64,000 bases of DNA, from contig NIVC01002751.1 of the NCBI GenBank assembly GCA_002269645.1, positions 62,001 to 126,000 of the forward strand. The letters run 5' to 3'. Below the pieces are notes generated by a model, which did no database searches, was not told where the DNA came from, and saw only the letters and a list, made by a program, of their open reading frames with translations. Position 1 is the first letter of the stretch, and each line of letters opens with the position of its first letter. Positions 48,255 to 60,944 of this stretch are shown in pieces. Origin of the DNA: Macrostomum lignano. Lineage: Eukaryota. The translations under genes and the position numbers were made by a program.

Positions 48255-49890
48255 ACACACCCTACCCTTCAGTGATTCCCTGAACACACCCTACCCTTCA
48301 GTGATTCCCTGAACACACCCTACCCTTCAGTGATTCCCTGAACACACCCTACCCTTCAGTGATTCCCTGAACACACCCTACCCTTCAGTGATTCCCTGAA
48401 CACACCCTACCCTTCAGTGATTCCCTGAACACACCCTACCCTTCAGTGATTCCCTGAACACACCCTACCCTTCAGTGATTCCCTGAACACACCCTACCCT
48501 TCAGTGATTCCCTGAACACACCCTACCCTTCAGTGATTCCCTGAACACACCCTACCCTTCAGTGATTCCCTGAACACACCCTACCCTTCAGTGATTCCCT
48601 GAACACACCCTACCCTTCAGTGATTCCCTGAACACACCCTACCCTTCAGTGATTCCCTGAACACACCCTACCCTTCAGTGATTCCCTGAACACACCCTAC
48701 CCTTCAGTGATTCCCTGAACACACCCTACCCTTCAGTGATTCCCTGAACACACCCTACCCTTCAGTGATTCCCTGAACACACCCTACCCTTCAGTGATTC
48801 CCTGAACACACCCTACCCTTCAGTGATTCCCTGAACACACCCTACCCTTCAGTGATTCCCTGAACACACCCTACCCTTCAGTGATTACCTGAACACACCC
48901 TACCCTTCAGTGATTCCCTGAACACACCCTACCCTTCAGTGATTCCCTGAACACACCCTACCCTTCAGTGATTACCTGAACACACCCTACCCTTCAGTGA
49001 TTCCCTGAACACACCCTACCCATCAGTCACCCCCTGAACACACCCTACCCATCAGTCACCCCCTGAACACACCCTACCTCTCAGTCACCCCCTGAACACA
49101 CCCTACCCTTCAGTGATTCCCTGAACACACCCTACCCTTCAGTGATTCCCTGAACACACCCTACCCTTCAGTGATTCCCTGAACACACCCTACCCTTCAG
49201 TGATTCCCTGAACACACCCTACCCTTCAGTGATTCCCTGAACACACCCTACCCTTCAGTGATTCCCTGAACACACCCTACCCTTCAGTGATTCCCTGAAC
49301 ACACCCTACCCTTCAGTGATTCCCTGAACACACCCTACCCTTCAGTGATTCCCTGAACACACCCTACCCTTCAGTGATTCCCTGAACACACCCTACCCTT
49401 CAGTGATTCCCTGAACACACCCTACCCTTCAGTGATTCCCTGAACACACCCTACCCTTCAGTGATTACCTGAACACACCCTACCCTTCAGTGATTCCCTG
49501 AACACACCCTACCCTTCAGTGATTCCCTGAACACACCCTACCCTTCAGTGATTACCTGAACACACCCTACCCTTCAGTGATTCCCTGAACACACCCTACC
49601 CATCAGTCACCCCCTGAACACACCCTACCCATCAGTCACCCCCTGAACACACCCTACCTCTCAGTCACCCCCTGAACACACCCTACCCTTCAGTGATTCC
49701 CTGAACACACCCTACCCTTCAGTGATTACCTGAACACACCCTACCCTTCAGTGATTCCCTGAACACACCCTACCTCTCAGTCACCCCCTGAACACACCCT
49801 ACCCCTCAGTCACCCCCTGAACACAACCTACCCCTCAGTCACCCCCCTGAACACACCCTACCCCTCAGTCACCCCCTGAACACACCCTAC
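48255..49890. repeat. 29-bp minisatellite, ~56 copies
   Basis: Unit AACACACCCTACCCTTCAGTGATTCCCTG; a variant block recurs at ~49020 and ~49600. Confidence 0.97.
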
Positions 49891-50001
49891 ACCGAAATCC
49901 CCGAACCCCTGCTCACCTGAATACAAGTGATAAAGATGAGGTTGCCGACAACAGAAGACAGACAGACTTCACAGTGGCACAGATTCAAGAACTTGTTGAA
50001 G

Positions 50002-50278
50002 TCATCGCCAATGACAGCAAAGGTCAAGCCAAGCGGTCGCGCAAACGCCAACATGCCGACGCGTCAGGCGGGACATCAGAGTCAGCAGCATGTCGAACGT
50101 ACTGGAACTGCTACGCGACAGTTCGTGCCAGGTAGCACCGGCCGTGATAAGCGTCAGCTGCAGAATTAATTCACACAGAAGCAAGATTGCGCACGTTAAC
50201 ACTAAGGCGCAGCCGCTGACGGCAAACGAATGAAGACCGTCGTAATAAAGAAATCTGCAGTCTGCCGGCAGCAGGAAC
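50002..50278 (-). CDS. ZDHHC23: ZDHHC23-like palmitoyltransferase, last exon
   Basis: ccgcag| phase 2, (W)FLLPADCRFLYYDG...ELILQLTLITAGATWHE...*; TM4 plus T-x-x-E-like motif. Confidence 0.78.
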
Positions 50279-50499
50279 CTGCGGATTAGCGTTTCGAGTT
50301 AATCGGCTTTGAGTCGATAACCAGATAATAATTATCTACGAACTCAAGCGGCCTGATTGGAATAAAAATCTATCAACAAAACTACCAGAGATCGAAATAA
50401 ATTGAGACTTCCAAAATAATACATAAAGAGATTATCACAGTGAAGGGACTGAGCGGCTAATGAAGGATTAATTAGGGATCTTGGGCGGGATTATTCAAG

Positions 50500-50745
50500 T
50501 AACTAGTTTGGGATTATCTAGGGATTATACAAGGAATTTCTAGGGATAATCCAAGGGGTTATCTAGAGATCATTCAAGGGACTAGTTAGGGATTATCTAG
50601 GGATTATCCAATGGATTATCTAGGGATTCTCCAATGGATTATCTAGGGATTATCCAATGTATTATCTAGGGATTATCCAATGTATTATCTAGGGATTATC
50701 CAATGGATTATCTAGGGATTATCCAGGGATTATCCACCGAAAAGG
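50500..50745. repeat. 11/22-bp intronic tandem repeat
   Basis: GGGATTATCTA / GGATTATCCAAT units. Confidence 0.85.
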
Positions 50746-50868
50746 ATTATTCAAGGGACTAGTAAGTTACGAGCTATTATTTAAGACTAGTAGATGGAAG
50801 TTCAAAGGAATTATATGGGTGTCATTCATAGAATTAAGAGATTATTTAACTAAACTTAAATAACCTAC

Positions 50869-51517
50869 CAGTCCATGTAAATGGCAGGCGTGCATATAGA
50901 CGTAGTTGTTAATAGAATGCCATAGCAACCAGTTGCTATGCAGAGAATCAACGTGATCAAATATGATCGACGATTAGGCCTGCCAATACAGCAGTCCAGC
51001 CACCAACAGTGGTGATCCAAATGCTGAATAGACCGCTCGCATATTGAGCACACGTCGGCTCCTCCACCTTCGCTGCCGCCGCCAGTGTCGCCGTGACCAG
51101 ATTCAACAGAATCGTCTATAGATCCTAGCAACGAAGCGGTACGAGTTTGCCTAATTGATAAGCAGGTAAGAATCCACAATAGATTTAAAGACATATGCTC
51201 CCATAGTAGGACAACTCGCAGAATAGCAGTTATGACAGCCACACAGAGATAGGCAAGAAGGACAGTGGCACAGGTGACGGCAAACAAGGCCGGGCATCTG
51301 GTCCGGCTGGCTCGCAGTCGCCTGATAGCAATGTAGAAACCAGCTGGAGCGGCCAGGCAGATGGCCAGGCTAACCAGCGGGTGGGCGCTGCCAAGCAGCA
51401 GTGCGCAGCCAACGCCGCCAATAGACAGGATGCAGGCGCATCCAGTTGGCGACTGGCCGCCACCGCGGCGGTGCCAGTCAGACATCAACCTGACTCGGGT
51501 GGGCGCGACAGCGGGCT
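50869..51517 (-). CDS. ZDHHC23: ZDHHC23-like palmitoyltransferase, DHHC-containing exon
   Basis: TM segments, then CSICERSIQHLDHHCWWLDCCIGRPNRRSY...YGILLTTTSIC; acceptor cttacag|, donor tg|gtaggt. Upstream exon not identified. Confidence 0.85.
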
Positions 51518-51620
51518 CTGTAAGTAGTGCATTGCGGTGTAGCTGGTGATTTATCCTTCTCTCTGACAAATGTTTGTGCACAAGACCCAAATTAAGTTTA
51601 TAGCATCCTATGCGATAAAG

Positions 51621-51830
51621 GAGGCTGTAGTCTAGTGGTTAGAGCGTCGGACTCACGACAGATAGGTTGGGGGTTCGATTCCTGATCCCACTCGGAACAA
51701 TTTATGTTTTTGATCAGGACACTCCAGCCACTCAGCCTTCAGGTGTGCTACACAAAAGCTGCAGCTGAGCTGTTGGTTGCATATCTGGCCCAATTGGGGC
51801 AAGTGTAATCAATTAATTATAATCATTATA
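51621..51830 (+). mobile_element. SINE family A copy with the CORE region internally deleted
   Basis: Head (TAGTGGTTAGAGCG...GGTTCGATTCC...CTCGGAACAATTT) and 3' part (CAGCCTTCAG...GGGGCAAGTG.AATCAATTA) match 7327-7632. Confidence 0.75.
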
Positions 51831-52693
51831 TGTATTATGTACTACAAAAACTTCTTTCCATCTCTGCTCACATTTGGACTTTGGAGTTTAAATCATGGAA
51901 TTTTTTCTAACTAGGGTATAAAGCATTAAATTTATTGACAGTATATTATACATCAGTTAATAGCAAAGGAGAAAGAGTAGGTGCAATAGGACCATGACTA
52001 AAAGAGTCTGTCTGCTAGCCTTTCAGACCGATTGATGCACATAAACATTGCATTACCACAATGCACATGCACAATTGTTTTATATATGCTTCCATAGCCA
52101 CTATCAACTTAAAGTGTAGGTTCTTTAGAGTTTTATCAGAAAAACTCAAGATAGAAAAGCAATATGGCCCTTCACAATGCTAGATAATATTAATTGCTGC
52201 TGAAAGGTCCAAGTCCTCATCTTTTGAGTTCCTATATCAGAATGCTACTATGCCATAATTAAAGACATAATCATAAGACCTGAATAGGCCTAGTAAGCCT
52301 TAACCAACATGCACTTTTGAAATTAGCCAAACTAGCTAATAAGCTTTGCTAGATACACGTAAAAGATATGCAATGTGCATAGCTAATTTGCAATAGCTCC
52401 TTTTCTCTATTTTTTCTATTTACAAGTTTGTTTAAATTCTAACTTCAACCTAAATCCTAATTTGGATCTTAGTCTAAAAACAAATTGATAAATTAGGTTT
52501 ATCTTTCTTATCATTTTTAGAATTATTGCTTTAAAGCTTCACTTGATTGTGAATTTTATCAAAATTTAATATATGTACAAACAAATATATTTGCCATATT
52601 GTTAAAAAACTATTCAAACTATTCATAGGCCTACAATTTTTATAAAGTATTCTAGCATATATATTATGATCTTGACTATAGCAAAGCCAAGGA

Positions 52694-55600
52694 CAGTGGC
52701 GGATCCAGGGGGAAGGCAGGGGGGGGGCAACTGCCCCCCCCACTTTTGCCACGGCTGGACTTGTACAAAATGGAGGTATTTTAATTTTGGGCTTAATTTG
52801 GACCAACACAAAAAAATTCACTTCTATTCTACAATATTTTCATTGCTTCTATTGCTGTCTGTCTGTCTGTAGCAAGTCTGCTTTTTCTTGGAATGTAATA
52901 GAATTTCATCGAAAGTAGAAGTGCTTTCCAACTAGAACAGAAATTCATGAGCAGCAGTTAGTCTTAGTCAGTGCAGAAATTAGCTATTGAGGATTGTACA
53001 AGTGTTACAGTGTACATTCAGTGCAGACATCTATTATAAGGAAGGCCCAGCCTTGGGATAAGACAGGGGCACTGGGGCAGGGTTGGTCAATAAAATAAAG
53101 CAGAGTGGCTTAGTGGCTCAGTCCCTCAGTGTGAAAAAATGCTTTTGTCCTCCCTTATTTGGGGTTTAGAATTCAATCTTTCTGAGCAATGTACATTTTG
53201 GAAACTAAGTGACTGAACTAGAAGTAAGAAGTAAGAAGTTAGGGGGGGGGGAGAATGGGGTGGGGACTCCTCTGGGCACAGAAGCCCAAAAAGTTAATTC
53301 GGCTTTGGCCTTGGGCATACGAGTAAGCATAAATAAAAGCAAGGGTACATAGGACTTTAAATGAACAAGAGACAAGATTGTGACAAGGAATTGATATAGA
53401 TTGAAAGATCAATACAAAATCACAAAGAATGAGGTGAGCATCTTTACCATTACAGCATGATGCAAAGAGACAGAAATTGCTGACGCATTTTTTGCTACCC
53501 CATCTGGTCCTGCTGCTGCTGCTGCTGCTGCTATTTCTGCCACAGCCAAGATACCAATTTCTTCCTCTGCAGCTACTTATACTGAGGTACATGTACCCAC
53601 GAATTTTTCTAACTCTGCTTTGGAACTGCAATTTGCTGATACTTCTAATTCAGACCAAGCTGAAGCCAGCCCCTCTGAAAGCAATGATGAAAGCAGATGA
53701 GGTACAAGTGAGCAAGTTGTCTGACTTTGACATAGGTCTACTTGACTTTGCTGCTGCTGTTGACAGTGCCACTAAGTTAGCTTTGTTGACGCAAACATGG
53801 GAGCCCCCTAATTCTTACCTAATGCCATTTGAAGAGCGAAAAACAAAGGGAAAAATCGAAAAGAGATTCTTAAGGCACAGTCATCTAACTGAAAAACCGG
53901 TTAGCATATTCACATGTGAAGAGTGGCTTGTTCTGCAAAGTTTGTATGCTATTTGGTACTCAGCAAGGACAACAAGGTCAACAATTGGGAAGACATTGCA
54001 AAAGTACGCAAGACTCTTAGGAGCCAATGGCTATCTCTGTGCTCATGAGCATACAAACTACCATAAAGACAATATACTAAGAGCACAAGAGTTCAAGCGA
54101 ATGATGCCAGAGCAACATATTGATAGTCAATTGGCTACACAGAGGCAGGAGCAGATTGCAAAGAACAGGCATATCCTCAGCTCCATTGTGCGTGCCATCC
54201 TAGTCTATGCAAGGAGTGGAACTGCTCTTAGGGGACACCAAGATGATCATAGTGTGCTAAAGACTGCTGACCAACCAGGCTAGAATGATAGTCTCTTTTG
54301 AGAGATCCTGCAAGCGATGGTAGACACAGAAGACAAGAGGCTAGAGGAGCATCTGCACTCTGGACTGAGTAACGCAAAATATACTAGCAAGACAATTCAG
54401 AATGAGCTGATTGAGTGCATTGGAGAAGTAATTCTGGACTGCCTGAAGGAGCGGATAAACAGTGCACAGTTTGTGTCCATCCTGGCTGTGGCTGATGAAA
54501 CAACAGGTCAGGCCACAAAGGAGCAATTGAAAATATATATTTGCTGTGTTTGAAACAACAAGACATTTGCTGATACCAATGACACAAGCTCTTAAAGAAA
54601 TTTGTGAACATTCCAACCTAGAAGCATCTAGGAATGCAAAAGCTCTGCTTAATTCAATGGACATAGAGTTTTTGGTATCAGTTGTGGCTCTGGATGCAAC
54701 ATTGACTCTCACCAAGGGATTGGCAGAAGCACTCCAGAAGAGCGCAATTGATTTGCTCAGTGCCAGGACTCTAATTGCGCATGTGCAAGAGCAATTGCAG
54801 AAGTGGCAAGAAGAGTCTACAGAGAAGTTTGGTGAGCTCTGGGAGAAGATTCTTGAGACTGCAGAGGCAATTGAAATCGATGTCACTCCTAGGCAGGTTG
54901 CATGTCAGAAGAATCGTGCCAATCTTCCTACTACTGATATGAAAGACTACTGGTATTTGGTCAACTTTGTTCCCTTCTTGGATGGACTACTGGTCAATCT
55001 GCAAGACCAATTTTCCCGCCTTTCTGACATTGCTGCTGGACTCAGTGCCCTTATCCCAGCAACAGCCAAAAAGCATGTAAGTCCATTCATTCAGCTCAAG
55101 CCATCAGTACAGCACTTTGCTTTAGTTCTACCAAGCCAGGAGGAAGAGGAGGTTGAAGCAGAATTTAACCAGTGGATGCAACTTTGGCAAAGGGAGGACC
55201 CACAGAAATGGCCCACAACTTTGACTAAGACCATCTTGGAGTGCGACCATAACCTGTTTCCCAATGTCAGCACCCTCTTGAAAATTTACACAATGTTGCC
55301 TGTCTACACTGCCACTGGAGAAAAATCTTTCTCTTTGCTGAAATTCTTAAAGAATTACTTGCGCAGCACAATGAGAGAAGAGCAGTTGAATGGACTCGCA
55401 TTGGCCTTCATCCATAGGAACATGATTTGTGATACCACAGGCACAATATATCTGCTACTGTTGAGAAGTTTCTGTCAAAGGTGTCAATTGCTGGGCCTGC
55501 TTTAACTACTAATTGCTTTAGCGCAGTGACTTTGAAACTCACATAGTTTCCAATCATTTTATATGAATATTCATTCAAATTTAATATATGTAAATTTAAA

Positions 55601-56454
55601 AGTTATAGTTGAAAATTGCATATTACATATGAGCTATATATATATACTCAGCAACATTGAAAAGTCGCCACTATGCGCAAGTGAGCAATTTCCCTTGGAC
55701 TATTCTGAAAGAGAAAGTGGATTGGGGAAGCTTTAAATTCATCTGTCCAACCCTCACACACTGCTCCCCCCACTTCATTCCTCTCAACTCAAGTCTGCCC
55801 CGGCGTAGCTACGAGCTAAGTTGCATCATTTGCAAAGGTTTAAAGACTTTACCTTCATTCAAAAGTGGCAATCATAGACAGAATCTTCTACATGTATGAT
55901 GGCAACTTTTCGATGTTGCTGATTGTCTTTTAGATGGACACTAGATGTTATAACTCATATGTATAATGTATTGTTTTTCTGTTGCTTCAGTTCCTGTTCC
56001 AGTTTGCTTAGATCCCTGCATGTATGCATCATACTTGTACAAACAAGTAGTTATAATAATGCATTAAAATTTAAATGCTGCTTTTGACACGACAAACTGC
56101 TAATGCCCATTTGCAATGCCAATTGTGTTGTCTCATTATATTTGAATATGATTGAATTAACAATAACAATAAGTGTCAGCAGGGAAAGCATGCAATAAGT
56201 GACTTAAAATCCACTCCTCTACTAAAAAGCTGCTTATTAACTATCTCATTTTTAATGCTCTTCTGCACTGCATGTAACGATTAAAATATAAATGAAATTT
56301 AGTGATTCAACCAAAATTAAACTTTTGCAATCAATTGAAATAGCTAAAAATCTTTTTTGTATATGAACGAAATATTAATTTTTTCTAGTTTTGGTTTCGG
56401 TTTCAGTATCCAAAATTTGCCCCCCCTACTTTAAAAATCCTGGATCCACCATTA
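52694..56454 (+). mobile_element. hAT DNA transposon (ZMYM1/PRKRIR-like transposase), degenerate
   Basis: TIR CAGTGGCGGATCCAGG / CCTGGATCCACCATTA; near-perfect 8-bp TSD GCCAAGGA / GCCAGGGA. Confidence 0.9.
53600..55505 (+). pseudogene. hAT transposase, broken ORFs
   Basis: ALRGHQDD, KYTSKTIQNELIECI, ADETT (DUF4371-like), FPNVSTLLKI..LPV.TATGEKSFSLLK.LKNYLRSTMREEQLNGLAL (hATC); stops, frameshifts and an internal deletion after DETT. Confidence 0.9.
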
Positions 56455-56825
56455 GCCAGGGATTATTAGCATAGATTATAGACTAGATCATATAATATAA
56501 TATCTAAACCTAACCTAATCTAGTCAACCTAGCTAAGCAACAAAGTAAGCCTAGTCAGCTAGAGGCCTAAGCAATAAAAAATGATAAAATATAGAGCAAA
56601 AAGCTGCTATACGTCAAAAAGGCAATAGTAAAAAAGACAATAGTCAAAAGGGCAATAGTCAATAGGCCTACATGTTTGAATTATAAGTTTATAATATATT
56701 ATACTTATATTTGTTACTAGGCCTATACCACAACTTAGGGTTATAGTGGCTGTGTCCACAAGTAAAATGCAAAAAAATTTGGCAATCCCTTATTGCCAAA
56801 ATTTAAAGCAATGGGTAGACCTTGT

Positions 56826-57644
56826 AAATGCTTAGCAGGCGTAAATTTACTTTTGTTTGCAAATTTTTTTCTCTTAAAATGATGCCAATGACGCAGAATG
56901 ACAAATGGGAGTTGTCTATGGCCTATACTAGCCACATAGAGTTGTTTGGGGCACAAAAATTTGGCTGAGTTTAATTGAGCCCTCACTATAGTTTGGACTT
57001 TAGAGACTTCAAGACTCTTCTGATTTGCAAAGAGCTGGATAGCCCCCAAGACCATTGTGGATTGTGCTACCAAATGAAGTTCTGCCGGCACAAGCACTGA
57101 TGGAACTAAATATGAATTTAAGGGATCTGATAGAAGTGACAGCTACTACTGACGAGACTGTGGTGGCTTGCTCGTCATAGACTATTGGCCAACCAATGGA
57201 CCTGCCTATGTGCCGCGCATACACCAATGAATCTGCAGCAGCCGCACCACACCAAAATTCCAGGCCATGCATGGCACTAGTGATGCCTTTTTTGAATCGC
57301 CTATCTAAGAGTATCTATGGCGATGCCTTTACCCGAGGCTTACCAAGGCTTTTGGCAGCATTCTGTACTGGATTTGTCATTATTACCCAGTTTAGAAATC
57401 TAAGACAGTCAGGACTACATTGAACTAAACTAAGCAATGTTTGGTGCCATTAAAAATGGTTCCCACCAGTTGTATTACCAGTTGATGTTATGAGCTCAAT
57501 AAAACAGCTGAATTTTTGTGCCCCAAACAACTTTACGCAGCTAGTATAGGCCATAGACAACTCCTATTTGTCATTCTGCATCAATGGCATCATTTTAAAA
57601 GAAAAAAATTCACAAACAAAAGTAAATTTACACTGCTTAACATT
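56826..57644. mobile_element. MITE-like element with ~150-bp terminal inverted repeats
   Basis: 56826-56981 is the reverse complement of 57492-57644 (GTAAATTTACTTTTGTTTG...GTTGTTTGGGGCACAAAAATT). Confidence 0.8.
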
Positions 57645-59209
57645 ATAGACATGACAGATATGCCTATTTTAAGCTTTAGTGTTATAAACATAGTGCCATA
57701 TCTATATATACTATATTGTTAACATTATATTTGTTCAAATGTACAAGTAGTTAAAATGTACCAGGCCTAAGATAGCTTGCATTGTTAGGCCTAAAATGTA
57801 CAAGTTATTTATTTTAAAGAAATCAATAGGCCCATATAGCTTGCTTTTATTAATTTTTTACTATTTTTAGCTATATACAAACTAAAATAATAGATGTCTA
57901 GATGATTGAAACACAAATATAAATGTTCTGCCTTTGTACTCCTGTCAATTTTCCATAATCTATATCAAAATATTATATATCATAGAAATTATAACTGTTT
58001 AATTGTCTAACAAATAATATACTATGACTATCACTTTTTTTATTGCTTCCCTTTTGATCTGTCACCCTTTTGATTGGTTCCCTAAAAATAAGACAAATGG
58101 TAATTGCAAGCCAAATTTGATCCAATAAGTTTAATAGAGTATAGGCCTAGATCTATTTATGCTTTTGAGCATAGGCTTATTGTCATTGAAATGATGTTTA
58201 TATTTGTATTAAATTAAAAGCATCATTGATTTTTATTTTTTATTAAATTAACCAATTACTAGATTTAGTAGGGCTAGGCATAGAGGGGCCTATAGGCCTA
58301 TATTAAAAAGTACAAAAGTAGGCAAAGTGCAAATGTACATATGTATATGTTCAAATTCTATAAGCATAATAATATTATTCATAGGCCTAATCTTGTCAAT
58401 TCAATTTCTTTTATTAGATTATTGTGGCAGATAGGCATTCCTTATTTTGCTAGGCCTATAATTAACGGTGCCTAAAAATTGTAGCTCGTAGTCGTAGTTG
58501 GGTAGTCTTGCTTTGACAAGAAAAAATATAAGTTTTATATTCGTATTCATTTCATTGTAGCAAATTTCACACGACTCAGATTACTCTTGTTGGATGCTAG
58601 TCAAAAAGTTTCAGTTTCAATTTGACAATTTTGTATGTTAAGATCAATTAAGAATTATTTCAGTCATTTTAGTTTGTCAATTGTCAATATTGACAATAAT
58701 TCATTCATTATTCAGTCTTTGTTCAGTTTTTGGTCGAAAAGAGTAGAAATGACATTTTGAATTTTTTCATGAATAAAACAACTTTTACTTATCATTATAG
58801 GTTTAAGAGATACTCTAGATTTTTCGGTCAAAAAAAACTTTTAAATGATTTTAGTTAAAATTTAAATTTTTCGTTGAGCTGAATAGCAAAGAAACGAACA
58901 TTTGAATTATCCAAATAGATCCGGTTATAGATCGTACGAGCGTATATGTCAATTGCAATCATTTACAAACTGTTCATTCGTTTAAAGTACTAACGTTTAG
59001 ACAAAAGGCTTTTAGAATTTAGACTCAACTTTTATTTTATCAAAAAATACATTGGAGTAATGAAGGGACCTACTGTACAAATTTTTGGTACCACAAGGCT
59101 TTTGCGTAGCTCTACTACCCTGCAGTCTCAGTATGATATAGAAATAAATCAAACTATAAGGAGGCATTTTGTGCACGCAAAGAGCAATTAATAATATAAT
59201 TTGCTCATC

Positions 59210-59830
59210 TGCTAGGCGGCGAGTCCACGCGCTCTGAGTCTAAAATCTGAATCAGCCAAGTTCATTGAATCATCAATGACTAGCTAATTTGCATCTTCGA
59301 GATCAATGATCATCAGGAAACGGATGGAGAAACTCCGGCCTGTGTAGCTCGTACGCGCCCTGAAAAATCGCAGCAGCTCTTTGCGCATGTACATGTACAT
59401 GCATGTTTTGAAGGGTGATTTATTAATTTAATAAGCAGCCGATGGGCTCTGAATTTTGGTCATCATCTCCTCGGACGGTTTGGCTCAGCTCAACAGCGTC
59501 TTACATGTACATGTATGAGCGAGCAGGATTCAGCTGGGAGCGTCTTCGCCATGCAGGGAACAGCGGCTTGCCGAGCAGCAGCTCGCCGATGACGCAGCCG
59601 GCGGCCAACATGTTCATCAAGGACCACTGCACTACGTCCTGTACTACGTCCTACGTACTACGTCCTGTAGTATAGTATAACGGGACGTACGTGTAAAACT
59701 CAGAAATCGCGTAACTTTTTGGAGGCCGATTTCCTGGAAAAAGACATTGCGGAGATAGGAATGTGTCCTTGATGTCTGGCCGTAGTGCTCCCAGTTCAAC
59801 AGCGCCTCCTGGCAAAGGTACGACACTGGA
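59210..59830 (-). pseudogene. p38-type MAP kinase relic (subdomains VIII-XI)
   Basis: YLCQEALLNWEHYGQT (cf. YRAPEIMLNWMHYNQT), NMLAAGCVIGELLLGKPLFP, KPSEEMMTKIQSP; invariant residues lost, frames broken. Confidence 0.7.
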
Positions 59831-60944
59831 CTGCTAACCACGTAACCATGCAGTTAATTGTTCTTTCAATCCCCACTGCAAGAGTGCAGGTATCGAATAG
59901 CCAGTACTGAGTGCAATTTTAAGGTTGGCGTCTATCCATGGTGCGACTATAGATAGACCTCTTTGAGATCTATCTGGCCGTGGCCCAGCTGAGGTGAATA
60001 CACGTCAAATTAGGCAGATTATATTGGGTATAATTTATAAAGACCAGCGATTGAAGTCCTTGCTGAAATTCCCGTAATTTATAATACGAGTCCACTCTCG
60101 CACATTTCCTCGGCCATTGCCACATCTGAGTTCGAAAAATGCATCAGGGTCCATTACGCCCAAAATGAAATTGGAAAGCAAAGGCAAGCTCGCACTCTCG
60201 CTTGCAGAAACCAACCTGAAGTTACAGTGGTAAAATGTCTCATCTTATGGAACTCGAAGAGCTTATGAAGTCATTATGAAGTATTTGATCCAGATTGGTT
60301 TACCAACTATTTAAGAGCGGCAATCAAGCAAAATTCGAGTTCCTGTCTAGAGCGTTTCGGACTTCTGGTCGATAGATATTTTCTCAGAGCTTAGTCAAGG
60401 CGACAGTCGACTAAATACATGTGCGGGCTATACATGTTCGGGCGTGCTAATGTATTTCTAGCTATTATTATGATTTCGTAGCCAGGACAACAAAACCCTA
60501 TAGCAATTGCTGACTGTTATTAATACGGCCTAATGGCTTGGGAGCCCGGTATTCTGCTGATTGTCTAGAACTAAGGAAAATATTGTCTCAATCAAGCCAG
60601 CAGATAAGCAGCTTCATTCTGAACTGCGATATCGTCCGGGCCGCATCAGAGCTCCAGAAACTTCCACCCCGAAACTGATCCCGAAGCCCACACAACGCAG
60701 CGAGCGCTCTACAATAGCTTAGTCTGCCCAATCCTACAATTAGTTTAGGGCCTTGGAATATCGCAGAATGTGCAGGCGGGCAGGATCAGCCCGTATAGGA
60801 AGATCTGTAAAAAATATCCGAGTTGAGTATGGCGTTAAGTCTCATGGGAAACCCAATTAGTAGTGCATTGATTCGGGTAAAGCCTTTTAGCTAAGGTTAA
60901 GGCTAGTGATTGGGGACAGTCAGTCAGACTGATTCTCTCTGGTT

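Noticed and set aside
53477-53640. Leu-rich signal-peptide-like start of ORF 53477
   Set aside because: Alternative frame of a (GCT)n tract in the frameshifted hAT N-terminus.
60060-60230. Minus-strand FFELRCGNG (methyltransferase-like) or ECELA..FGR (kinase VII-like) motifs
   Set aside because: Short chance-level matches in frames containing stops.
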